44,796 nucleotides of DNA from NCBI GenBank assembly GCA_964479175.1, contig CAYZLT010000004.1:1-44796 (forward strand). Direction: 5' to 3'. The position numbers were made by a program, and so were the translations under genes. Positions within the stretch are counted from its first letter, which is position 1, and each line of letters starts with the position of its first letter. Source of the DNA: an uncultured Solibacteraceae bacterium. GTDB taxonomy: Bacteria; Acidobacteriota; Vicinamibacteria; Vicinamibacterales; SCN-69-37. The notes beneath the pieces were generated by a model, which saw only the letters and a list, made by a program, of their open reading frames with translations, had not been told where the DNA came from and did not search any database. Of the stretch, positions 25,647 to 33,199 are shown one piece after another.

Positions 25647-27089
25647 ATGTCCAACCTGAAATCCGTAGTCGTTCAGGGCGCCGCGGTCCTTGCTGCGACG
25701 CTCACATTTACTCTCACCGGCGGGGCGGCCCCACAGGGCCTGACCTACGCCATTCGTGGCGCCAAGATCGTGACGGTCTCTGGCGACACGATTCCCAACG
25801 GCACCGTGCTCATGCGTGATGGTGTGATCCAGGCGGTTGGCGCGACGGTCACGGTACCTGACGATGCGATCGTCACCGACGGCGCCGGGTTGACGGTGTA
25901 CCCGGGTTTCATCGACATGTCGAGTTCGGCGCCGCTCGAGGCGACCGCACCGGCGGCGCCCGGCGGCGGGCGTGCCGGTGGTGACGGCGGACGAGGCGGT
26001 GGTGGTGGTGGCGACGAAGGTACATTTGCCACACGCGAGGAAGCGGAACGAGCGAAACGTGCGGCCATTCTGCGTCCCGACTATCAGGCGGCGCAGAATC
26101 TCGTTGAATCGAGCGAGGGCCTGAGTGCCATGGCGCAGGCGGGCATCACCTCAGTGCTCGCGGTGCCTTCACAGGGCATCTTCAAGGGTCAGAGCGCACT
26201 CGTGAACACCGCGTACCCGGCCGACGATCCGCAGATCAGCACGGTGGCCGACTATCGTCGCGGTCTCGCTGTGGTGAAGGCGCCGGTCGCGCAACACGTG
26301 AACGTGGGCGGCCGTGGCGGCGGTACGGGGTACCCGAACTCGCTGCTGGGTACGATCGCGTTCACACGTCAGGGCTTCCTTGACGCGCAGTGGCAGCGTG
26401 ATGCCACGGCGATCTACGAAAAGACCGGCGGTCGTGGTCCGCGTCCACTCGTGGAGCCGTCGCTGGACGCGCTCAAGCCGGCGCTCGCGAAGGAAATGCC
26501 GACGGCGTTTGACGCCAGTACCGCTCGCGAGATCGACCGCGCGCTAATCATGGCCAACGACTTCGGTCTCGACCCGATCATCGTCGGCGGCAGCGAAGCC
26601 GCGAAGCGGATCGCGGAATTGCAGAAGGCGAAGGCACGCGTCATCCTGAGCGTGAGCTTCCAGGGTGGTGGTGGAGGCGGCGGCGGCGGTGGTGCCGGGG
26701 GTGGCGGGGGTCAGACGGCCATGCAGGCGCTGGCAGACGCCCCGAAGACGGCGAACGCGCTCGCGCAGGCGAACATCCCGTTTGCCTTCACCGGCGGTGG
26801 CGTGCTCGCGCCGTCGGCGTTCCTGGCCAACGTCACCCGCACGGTCAAAGACGGCGGCCTGCCGCCGGCGACGGCGCTCCGCGCACTGACCCTCGACGCC
26901 GCACGTGTGGCCGGAGCGGCCGACCGCCTCGGCTCCATCGAACAGGGCAAAATCGCTAACATCGTTGTGATGGAAGGCGAGATGTTCGAGGCCAGCTCCC
27001 GCGTGCGTTACGTGTTCATCGACGGCCGGCCGGTCGAAATCACCGGCGCGGCGCCGGCGGGTGGCTCCGGTCGCGGCGGCTCCCGGTAA
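25647..27089 (+). CDS. Secreted amidohydrolase-fold protein lacking the HxH metal motif (paralogue of the C-module of the upstream gene)
   Basis: ATG 25647 has AGGAG at 25639-25643. A signal peptide is present. PGFIDMSSSAP replaces the HxH site. There are two poly-Gly inserts. The C-terminal LDAARVAG..GSIEQGKIANIVV parallels the upstream protein. Confidence 0.8.
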   Translation: MSNLKSVVVQGAAVLAATLTFTLTGGAAPQGLTYAIRGAKIVTVSGDTIPNGTVLMRDGVIQAVGATVTVPDDAIVTDGAGLTVYPGFIDMSSSAPLEATAPAAPGGGRAGGDGGRGGGGGGDEGTFATREEAERAKRAAILRPDYQAAQNLVESSEGLSAMAQAGITSVLAVPSQGIFKGQSALVNTAYPADDPQISTVADYRRGLAVVKAPVAQHVNVGGRGGGTGYPNSLLGTIAFTRQGFLDAQWQRDATAIYEKTGGRGPRPLVEPSLDALKPALAKEMPTAFDASTAREIDRALIMANDFGLDPIIVGGSEAAKRIAELQKAKARVILSVSFQGGGGGGGGGGAGGGGGQTAMQALADAPKTANALAQANIPFAFTGGGVLAPSAFLANVTRTVKDGGLPPATALRALTLDAARVAGAADRLGSIEQGKIANIVVMEGEMFEASSRVRYVFIDGRPVEITGAAPAGGSGRGGSR

Positions 27090-27100
27090 GCACGAGAAGA

Positions 27101-27130
27101 ACCTCAGAGGTCGCTTACGACCTCTGAGGT
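27101..27130. terminator. Hairpin family B copy 1: ACCTCAGAGGTCG-CTTA-CGACCTCTGAGGT
   Basis: 13-bp perfect stem with a 4-nt loop, 12 nt after the stop at 27087-27089, followed by CGTT. Nearly the same arms recur at 44170-44202. Confidence 0.7.
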
Positions 27131-27152
27131 CGTTCCTAAAGGAGGAGTTCCC

Positions 27153-29534
27153 ATGAAACAACTACTGATTCTCGCTATTGTTGGTCTGGCCATCGCGGTG
27201 CCCACCGCACAACGCCAGGCTCCATCCGGTTACCTCACTCCCCCAAAAGTCATCGTGGACATCATGGACGCCGAGCCGTTGCCGGGCGTCGCGTTGTCGC
27301 CGGATCGAAAGACGATGCTGATGACGCATCGACGGAGCATGCCGACGCTGGCCGAAGTGGCGTCGCCGATGCTGCGTCTGGGCGGGTCACGCATCAGTCC
27401 GCTGACCAACGGCAATCACGTGCTCAACGGCACGATCGGCCTGACACTCAAAGACGTGGCCACCGGTGCTGAGCGCAAGCTCACGTTGCCGACCGGAGGA
27501 TCGTTTGGTGCGAGCTTCTCGCCCGACGGCAAGAAGATCGCGATCACGCACACGGCCGCCAACACCATTCGCTTGCTGCTGGCCGACGTGGCGACAGGCG
27601 CGGTCACCACTGTCGTCGACCGTGGCATCAACGGTCTGGGCGGCGGGTGCAGTTGGCTCGACGACTCAACGGGATTTTTGTGCAGCATGGTGCCGGCTGG
27701 TCGCGGCCCTGCTCCGGCGTCGCCGGTGGTCCCCTCGATGCCGAACATGCAGGAGAATCTGGGCACGATCGCCGCAGGCCGCACCTATCAGGACCTGCTG
27801 ACGAGTGCGCACGACGAACAGCTTTACGATTACTACTTCACCGCACAGCCCACCTGGATGGATCTGTCGGGCAAGGCGACGCCCTTCGGTCGCCCCGCGG
27901 TCTACGCGGGCCTGCAGGTCTCCACCAACCGGGAGTTCGTGATCGTCAACCGCATCAAGCGGCCGTATTCGTACCTGCTCCCTGCATCGAGCTTCCCGCG
28001 CGACGTGGAGGTCTGGGATCGCACCGGCAAGGTCGTGCGTACGGTGGCCGACGTGCCGATGGGTGATGTGGTGCCGGCCAACGGTGTGCAGCAGGGCGCG
28101 CGCGGCGCGCAGTGGCATCCGATCGAGCCGGCGACACTCATCTGGGTCGAGGCGCTCGACAAGGGCGACATCCGCAACAAGGTCTCTCATCGCGATCAGG
28201 TCATGACGCTGGCGGCGCCGTTCACCGGAACACCGTCGGCAGCCGTCAAAACCGAATGGCGCTTCGGTGGCGTGTCCTTCACCGAAAAGGGCGTCATCAT
28301 GGTCGCCGAATCGGACCGTGCGACGCGTATGGCGCGAACCTGGGTCTACGACAAAGGCTGGTCATCGACGCCCCGCAAAGTCTGGGAACGCGGCCAGCAG
28401 GATCGGTACGGCGACCCTGGGTCCCCGATGCGACGCCCGGCCTCGAGCCTGGTCATGCAGGTTGGTGACTCGATTTATCTCACCGGCGCCGGCGCATCTC
28501 CAAAGGGCGACCTTCCGTTTCTCGATCGCATGAACCTGACGACGCTCGCGACCGAGCGGGTGTGGCGCAGCGACGAGCAGAGCTTCGAGTCCGTGGTGGC
28601 GCTGGTCGACGATGCCGGTGCGCGGATGATCACGACGCGCCAGACGTCGCAGATCCCGGCCAACTACGTGATGCGCGATCTTCGTGCGAACACGATGTCG
28701 CCGATTACCTCGTTCAAGGATCCGCATCCACAACTCTCGGACGTGCAGAAGCGGTTCGTGACCTACAAGCGCAACGATGGTGTGACGCTCTCGGGCACCA
28801 TCTACCTGCCGCCCAGCTACAAGCCGGGCGAACGCCTCCCGATGTTTGTGTGGGCGTACCCCCAGGAGTTCGACAACGCCGATGCCGCCAGTCAGGTCGT
28901 GGGATCACCGAATCGATTCACGACCGTGGGCGGGTCATCCCATCTGCTGCTGCTGACGCAGGGGTTTGCGGTGTTTGATGGGGCGACAATGCCGATTATC
29001 GGGGCGGGAGAGACGGCCAACGACACATATGTCGAGCAGTTGGTGGCCAGCGCGCAGGCGGCGGTGGACTTTGCTGTGAATGAAGGGATCGCTGATCGCG
29101 CGCGCATCGGTGTGGGTGGTCACAGCTACGGCGCGTTCATGACGGCCAACCTGCTGGCGCACTCGGACATCTTTGCGGCCGGCGTGGCGCGCAGCGGTGC
29201 CTACAACCGCACGCTGACGCCATTCGGTTTCCAGAACGAAACGCGCACCTTCTGGGAAGCGCCGGACGTCTACGCAAAGATGTCGCCGTTCTACAACGCG
29301 CACAAGATCAAGGAACCGCTGCTCCTGATCCACGGCGAACTCGACAACAACTCCGGCACCTTCCCGATTCAGTCGGAGCGCATGTACATGGCGCTCAAGG
29401 GCCACGGCGCGACCGCGCGGTACGTGACGCTGCCGTACGAGTCGCACGGCTACTCCGCGCGCGAGTCCAATCTGCACGTGGTGGCCGAGACGCTGAACTG
29501 GCTGAACAAATACGTCAAGAAGACGCCGAATTAG
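27153..29534 (+). CDS. Secreted S9 family serine peptidase (prolyl oligopeptidase/glutamyl endopeptidase-like)
   Basis: AGGAGG SD; signal peptide; beta-propeller-like N-terminal part; nucleophile motif GVGGHSYGAFM; C-terminal LLLIHGELDNN and ESHGY. Confidence 0.88.
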   Translation: MKQLLILAIVGLAIAVPTAQRQAPSGYLTPPKVIVDIMDAEPLPGVALSPDRKTMLMTHRRSMPTLAEVASPMLRLGGSRISPLTNGNHVLNGTIGLTLKDVATGAERKLTLPTGGSFGASFSPDGKKIAITHTAANTIRLLLADVATGAVTTVVDRGINGLGGGCSWLDDSTGFLCSMVPAGRGPAPASPVVPSMPNMQENLGTIAAGRTYQDLLTSAHDEQLYDYYFTAQPTWMDLSGKATPFGRPAVYAGLQVSTNREFVIVNRIKRPYSYLLPASSFPRDVEVWDRTGKVVRTVADVPMGDVVPANGVQQGARGAQWHPIEPATLIWVEALDKGDIRNKVSHRDQVMTLAAPFTGTPSAAVKTEWRFGGVSFTEKGVIMVAESDRATRMARTWVYDKGWSSTPRKVWERGQQDRYGDPGSPMRRPASSLVMQVGDSIYLTGAGASPKGDLPFLDRMNLTTLATERVWRSDEQSFESVVALVDDAGARMITTRQTSQIPANYVMRDLRANTMSPITSFKDPHPQLSDVQKRFVTYKRNDGVTLSGTIYLPPSYKPGERLPMFVWAYPQEFDNADAASQVVGSPNRFTTVGGSSHLLLLTQGFAVFDGATMPIIGAGETANDTYVEQLVASAQAAVDFAVNEGIADRARIGVGGHSYGAFMTANLLAHSDIFAAGVARSGAYNRTLTPFGFQNETRTFWEAPDVYAKMSPFYNAHKIKEPLLLIHGELDNNSGTFPIQSERMYMALKGHGATARYVTLPYESHGYSARESNLHVVAETLNWLNKYVKKTPN

Positions 29535-29542
29535 GGCCTATC

Positions 29543-29612
29543 CACAGGGAGACACGGAGACCCGGAGAGTTTTCTTTTAAAGAAAATCCTCCGCGTCTCC
29601 GTTCCTCCCTGT
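29543..29612. repeat. Imperfect palindromic intergenic element, family A copy 2
   Basis: CACAGGGAGACACGGAG is identical to 11053-11069. The right arm is CTCCGCGTCTCCGTTCCTCCCTGT. The inner pair is GGAGAGTTTTC/GAAAATCCTCC. It lies between convergent stops at 29534 and 29616. Confidence 0.8.
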
Positions 29613-29615
29613 TAA

Positions 29616-30380
29616 TTAAGCGAACAGCCACGTCAGCGCGTCGGGCAGTCGGCGCGCCCAGGCGTCTTCGGAGTGATCGCCGAGCGGATCCTCGACACCA
29701 CCGACGCCGCCGGCATCAAGCTGGTCGCGTAGCAGGTGTTTCAGGATGCGGACGTTGGCGAGAGTGTCGCGCCCTTCCTGGTGCCCGACATCGAGCCAGA
29801 CCTTGGTGGTGGGCATGAGCGGGTGGCGACGCAGGCGACGCAGGATGACCCGGTTATCCCACCAGATCGACGGCGACATCACAAGCAAGCGGCCAAACCG
29901 CGCCGGATATTGCTGGGCGACGGCCAGCGTGGCCAGGCCTCCCAGAGAAGACCCCCCAAGCGCCAGTGCTCCAGGCGCCGTGTTGATGCCGTACTCAGCG
30001 GCCATGTATGGCACCAGCTCCTCCATCAGGAACCGGCCGTGCCTCCAGAGGTCCCCCGCCCCGTAGTGGGTCCCTTCGGTCGGCGTCAGCTCGGTAATGC
30101 GCCCCTGGCCGGCATGATCCACCCCCACCACGACCAGCGGCGGAATCTTTCCCGCCTCCACCAGCATCGCCATCGTCTCTGCGACCCGCCAGTGGTGCCC
30201 AGGCCGGTGGGCTCGGTCGGGCTCAAAGAGATTCTGCCCATCGTGCAGGATGAGCAGGTGGGGAGACGCAGAACTGTCCCCTTGGACTCCTGGACCTCTG
30301 GACCCCTGGACTTCATTTGCCCAGACCGTGACCCGCCTGGGGCCATCGATCCACTTCGAAGAGATGTCGTGCCGCGTCAT
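29616..30380 (-). CDS. Alpha/beta hydrolase, putative-esterase (enterochelin-esterase-like) family
   Basis: LLILHDGQN, GGSSLGGLATL (GxSxG) and WLDVGHQEG motifs; 254 aa. Confidence 0.8.
   Translation of the reverse strand: MTRHDISSKWIDGPRRVTVWANEVQGSRGPGVQGDSSASPHLLILHDGQNLFEPDRAHRPGHHWRVAETMAMLVEAGKIPPLVVVGVDHAGQGRITELTPTEGTHYGAGDLWRHGRFLMEELVPYMAAEYGINTAPGALALGGSSLGGLATLAVAQQYPARFGRLLVMSPSIWWDNRVILRRLRRHPLMPTTKVWLDVGHQEGRDTLANVRILKHLLRDQLDAGGVGGVEDPLGDHSEDAWARRLPDALTWLFA
30283..30314. repeat. Imperfect 8-bp periodic repeat TGGAC(N2)C x4 inside the esterase CDS
   Basis: Four consecutive units: TGGACTCC TGGACCTC TGGACCCC TGGACTTC. They encode ..EVQGSRGPGVQG.. on the minus strand. Confidence 0.7.
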
Positions 30381-30403
30381 GAACTGTCGTAGTATCGGGC
30401 ATC

Positions 30404-31117
30404 ATGCGGCGCGAGTACCAGCGATGGTTTTCACGGACCCTCGGACGGGACATGGAGATGCTGGTCTTTGGCCACGGTGGCCGACCGGTCGTCGTGTTCC
30501 CGACGTCGATGGGGGCGTTTTTTGAGTACGAAGATCGCGGGATGACCGGCGCGCTGGCTGAGAAGCTCGACGCCGGCGCCGTGCAGCTCTTCTGCGTCAG
30601 CACCCTCGACAAAGAAACCTTCTACGCCAAGATGGTCAGCCCGCGCGATCGGATTGACCGGTATCTCCAATACGAGCATTACCTCGTCCACGAGGTGATG
30701 CCCTTTATCACCCAACAGTCCGGCAGCCCCACGGCGGGTGTGACCGGCTGCAGCTTTGGTGCCTATCACGCGATGGTGATGGCGCTGCGGCACCCGGATG
30801 TGTTCACATCCTGCATCACCATGGGCGGCGCCTTCGACATCATGCGGTTCCTGCACGGCTATTTCGATGAAGACGCGTACCTCTTGTCGCCGCCGCACTT
30901 CCTGCCGAACCTGACCGACCCATGGTTTCTGGAGCGATGTCGGCAGAACAAGTGGGTGCTGGTCACTGGCGAGAAGGACATCTGTCGCGCGGACACCGAA
31001 CACGCAGCGCGCCTGATGGCACACAAGGACATCCCGCACAGCCTGCACGTGTGGGGCCAGGGGTCGGAACATGACTGGCCCGAGTGGGTCAAAATGGTCA
31101 AAGCCTACGTGCCTTAG
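30404..31117 (+). CDS. Cytoplasmic alpha/beta hydrolase, putative-esterase family
   Basis: GCSFGAYHAM (GxSxG) and a C-terminal H in SEHDW. No signal peptide. First gene of a three-gene plus-strand cluster. Confidence 0.8.
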   Translation: MRREYQRWFSRTLGRDMEMLVFGHGGRPVVVFPTSMGAFFEYEDRGMTGALAEKLDAGAVQLFCVSTLDKETFYAKMVSPRDRIDRYLQYEHYLVHEVMPFITQQSGSPTAGVTGCSFGAYHAMVMALRHPDVFTSCITMGGAFDIMRFLHGYFDEDAYLLSPPHFLPNLTDPWFLERCRQNKWVLVTGEKDICRADTEHAARLMAHKDIPHSLHVWGQGSEHDWPEWVKMVKAYVP

Positions 31118-31148
31118 TAGGCGTCCGAGAATACGGAAGGAAGAGTTG

Positions 31149-32081
31149 ATGGCGGCGACAATTGGTGTGCTCTTCGGCATGGAAACCACGTTTCCTCCTG
31201 CGTTGGTGGAAAAGATCAATGGGATGAAGATTCCCGGCATCTCTGCGGAGTTTGTCTCCATCGGTGGCATCCGGATGGACGAACCGCAGCGGTATCGCGT
31301 CATCGTGGACCGCATCTCGCATGACATTCCGTTTTATCGCGCGTTCCTCAAGAACGCGGTGCTCACCGGCACAACGGTCATCAATAACCCGTTTTGGTGG
31401 AGCGCCGACGACAAGTTTTTCAACTACGCGCTGGCGACACGTCTTGGTGTGGCGATTCCACCCACCGTGATCCTCCCGCACAAAACCCACCCGGCCGGCA
31501 CCACCGATCAGTCGATGCGGAATCTGGAGTATCCGCTCAACTGGGAAGAGGTGTTTGACTACATCGGCTTCCCCGCTTTTCTGAAGCCGTTTGACGGCGG
31601 TGGGTGGAGGGACGTGTATCAGGTGCGCTCGTCGAAGGAGTTCTTCGCCGCGTACGACCAGACGCACACGCTCTGCATGACCCTGCAGCGGGCGGTCAAG
31701 TTCAACGAATATTTCCGCTGCTACGTGATCGGTCAGGAGAAGGTCCTGATCATGCCGTATGATCCGCGGCTCCCCTTCCACGATCGGTATCTGAAGAATC
31801 CTCCCGCCTACGACCCGGCGCTGATCGCCCGTGTCGAACGTGATGCGCTGACGTTGTGTCGAGCACTGGGTTACGACCTCAACACGGTGGAGTTCGCCGT
31901 CGAAGATGGCGTGCCGTATGCCATCGACTTCATGAACCCCGCCCCTGACGCCGACCGCAATTCCGTGGGTGAAGCCAACTTCGCGTGGATTGTGGATGCG
32001 GTCGCCGAGTTGGCCGTCACAAAGGCGCTCGAACCGCCAGCCCCACCCACCTACCGGTGGGACGCGTTTCTGAAGGGTTGA
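31149..32081 (+). CDS. ATP-grasp domain protein (RimK/glutathione-synthetase-like amidoligase)
   Basis: The core FPAFLKPFDGGGWRDVYQV .. EYFRCYVIG .. NTVEFAV..YAIDFMN is typical of ATP-grasp. ATG 31149 follows GGAAGGAAGAG. The upstream part of the track ORF overlaps the esterase gene. Confidence 0.8.
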   Translation: MAATIGVLFGMETTFPPALVEKINGMKIPGISAEFVSIGGIRMDEPQRYRVIVDRISHDIPFYRAFLKNAVLTGTTVINNPFWWSADDKFFNYALATRLGVAIPPTVILPHKTHPAGTTDQSMRNLEYPLNWEEVFDYIGFPAFLKPFDGGGWRDVYQVRSSKEFFAAYDQTHTLCMTLQRAVKFNEYFRCYVIGQEKVLIMPYDPRLPFHDRYLKNPPAYDPALIARVERDALTLCRALGYDLNTVEFAVEDGVPYAIDFMNPAPDADRNSVGEANFAWIVDAVAELAVTKALEPPAPPTYRWDAFLKG

Positions 32082-32085
32082 GTCC

Positions 32086-33195
32086 ATGTCCGAACCAGCC
32101 TTCACCATCGGGATCGAAGAGGAATATCAGACGATCGACCCACGCACGTACGACCTGCGCTCCCACATCCAGACCGAGATTGTGGAAGAGGGCAAGCGGC
32201 GGATGAAAGAAAAGGTGAAGTCCGAGATGCACCAGTCGGTGGTCGAGGTCGGCACCGGCGTCTGCGCAACCATCAAAGAAGCCGCACTCGACCTCAAAGA
32301 CCTCCGTCGTCAAATGATCGGCCTGACTGAGGAGCACGGCCTGCTGATGGTCTCCGGTGCCACGCACCCGTTTGCCGACTGGCGTGTGCAGGACATCTCA
32401 CCCGACGAGCGCTACGTGCAGGTCGTTGAGGACATGCAAATGGTCGCGCGCGCAAATCTCATCTTCGGCCTGCACGTGCACATCGGCATCCACGACCGGG
32501 AGACGATGATTCACTTGATGAATCAGATGCGGTATTTCCTGCCGCATCTGCTGGCGATCTCGACGAACTCGCCGTTCTGGATCGGGATGAACACCGGTCT
32601 CATGTCGTATCGCTGCAAGGTGTTTGATCGGTTCCCGCGCACGAATATCCCGGACACGTTTTCGTCCTGGGCCGATTTCGACAGTTTCGTCAAACTGCTC
32701 GTCAAGACCAACTCAATCGACAACGCCAAGAAGATCTGGTGGGACATCCGCCCGCATCCAGTGTTTGACACGCTCGAGATTCGCGTCTGCGACATCCCGA
32801 TGCGCGTGGACGAGACCATCGCGATCGCCGCGCTCATTCAGGCCACGATGGTGAAGCTGTACCGGTTGCACGCCAAGAACCAGAGCTGGCGGGTGTACAG
32901 CCGCGCGTTGCTGATGGAAAACAAATGGCGCGCCGCCCGGTACGGCATCAACGGCATGCTCATCGATCTTGGCAAGGAGCGCGAGGTTCCCGAGCGCGAG
33001 TTGTTGCTCGAATATCTCGATTGGGTGGACGATGTGCTCGATGAACTGGGGAGTCGGGAGGAGATCGAGACGATCCGGTGGATTCTGGAGCATGGCACCG
33101 GCGCCGACCGGCAGCTCAAGGTCTACGAAGACTCCGGCCACGACTTCAAGGCGGTCATGGACTACATGATCGCGGAGACCAGACACGGGCTCTGA
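32086..33195 (+). CDS. ybdK: Carboxylate-amine ligase YbdK family (glutamate-cysteine ligase family 2)
   Basis: FTIGIEEEYQ N-terminus and GLHVHIG motif; 369 aa; 4-nt gap after the ATP-grasp gene. Confidence 0.88.
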   Translation: MSEPAFTIGIEEEYQTIDPRTYDLRSHIQTEIVEEGKRRMKEKVKSEMHQSVVEVGTGVCATIKEAALDLKDLRRQMIGLTEEHGLLMVSGATHPFADWRVQDISPDERYVQVVEDMQMVARANLIFGLHVHIGIHDRETMIHLMNQMRYFLPHLLAISTNSPFWIGMNTGLMSYRCKVFDRFPRTNIPDTFSSWADFDSFVKLLVKTNSIDNAKKIWWDIRPHPVFDTLEIRVCDIPMRVDETIAIAALIQATMVKLYRLHAKNQSWRVYSRALLMENKWRAARYGINGMLIDLGKEREVPERELLLEYLDWVDDVLDELGSREEIETIRWILEHGTGADRQLKVYEDSGHDFKAVMDYMIAETRHGL

Positions 33196-33199
33196 CGCT

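Noticed and set aside
31098-32108. 336-aa minus-strand ORF spanning the whole ATP-grasp gene
   Set aside because: It is the mirror of a plus-strand ORF with clear ATP-grasp motifs. Its own translation is Arg/His/Gly-rich with no motifs, which is typical of a high-GC shadow ORF.
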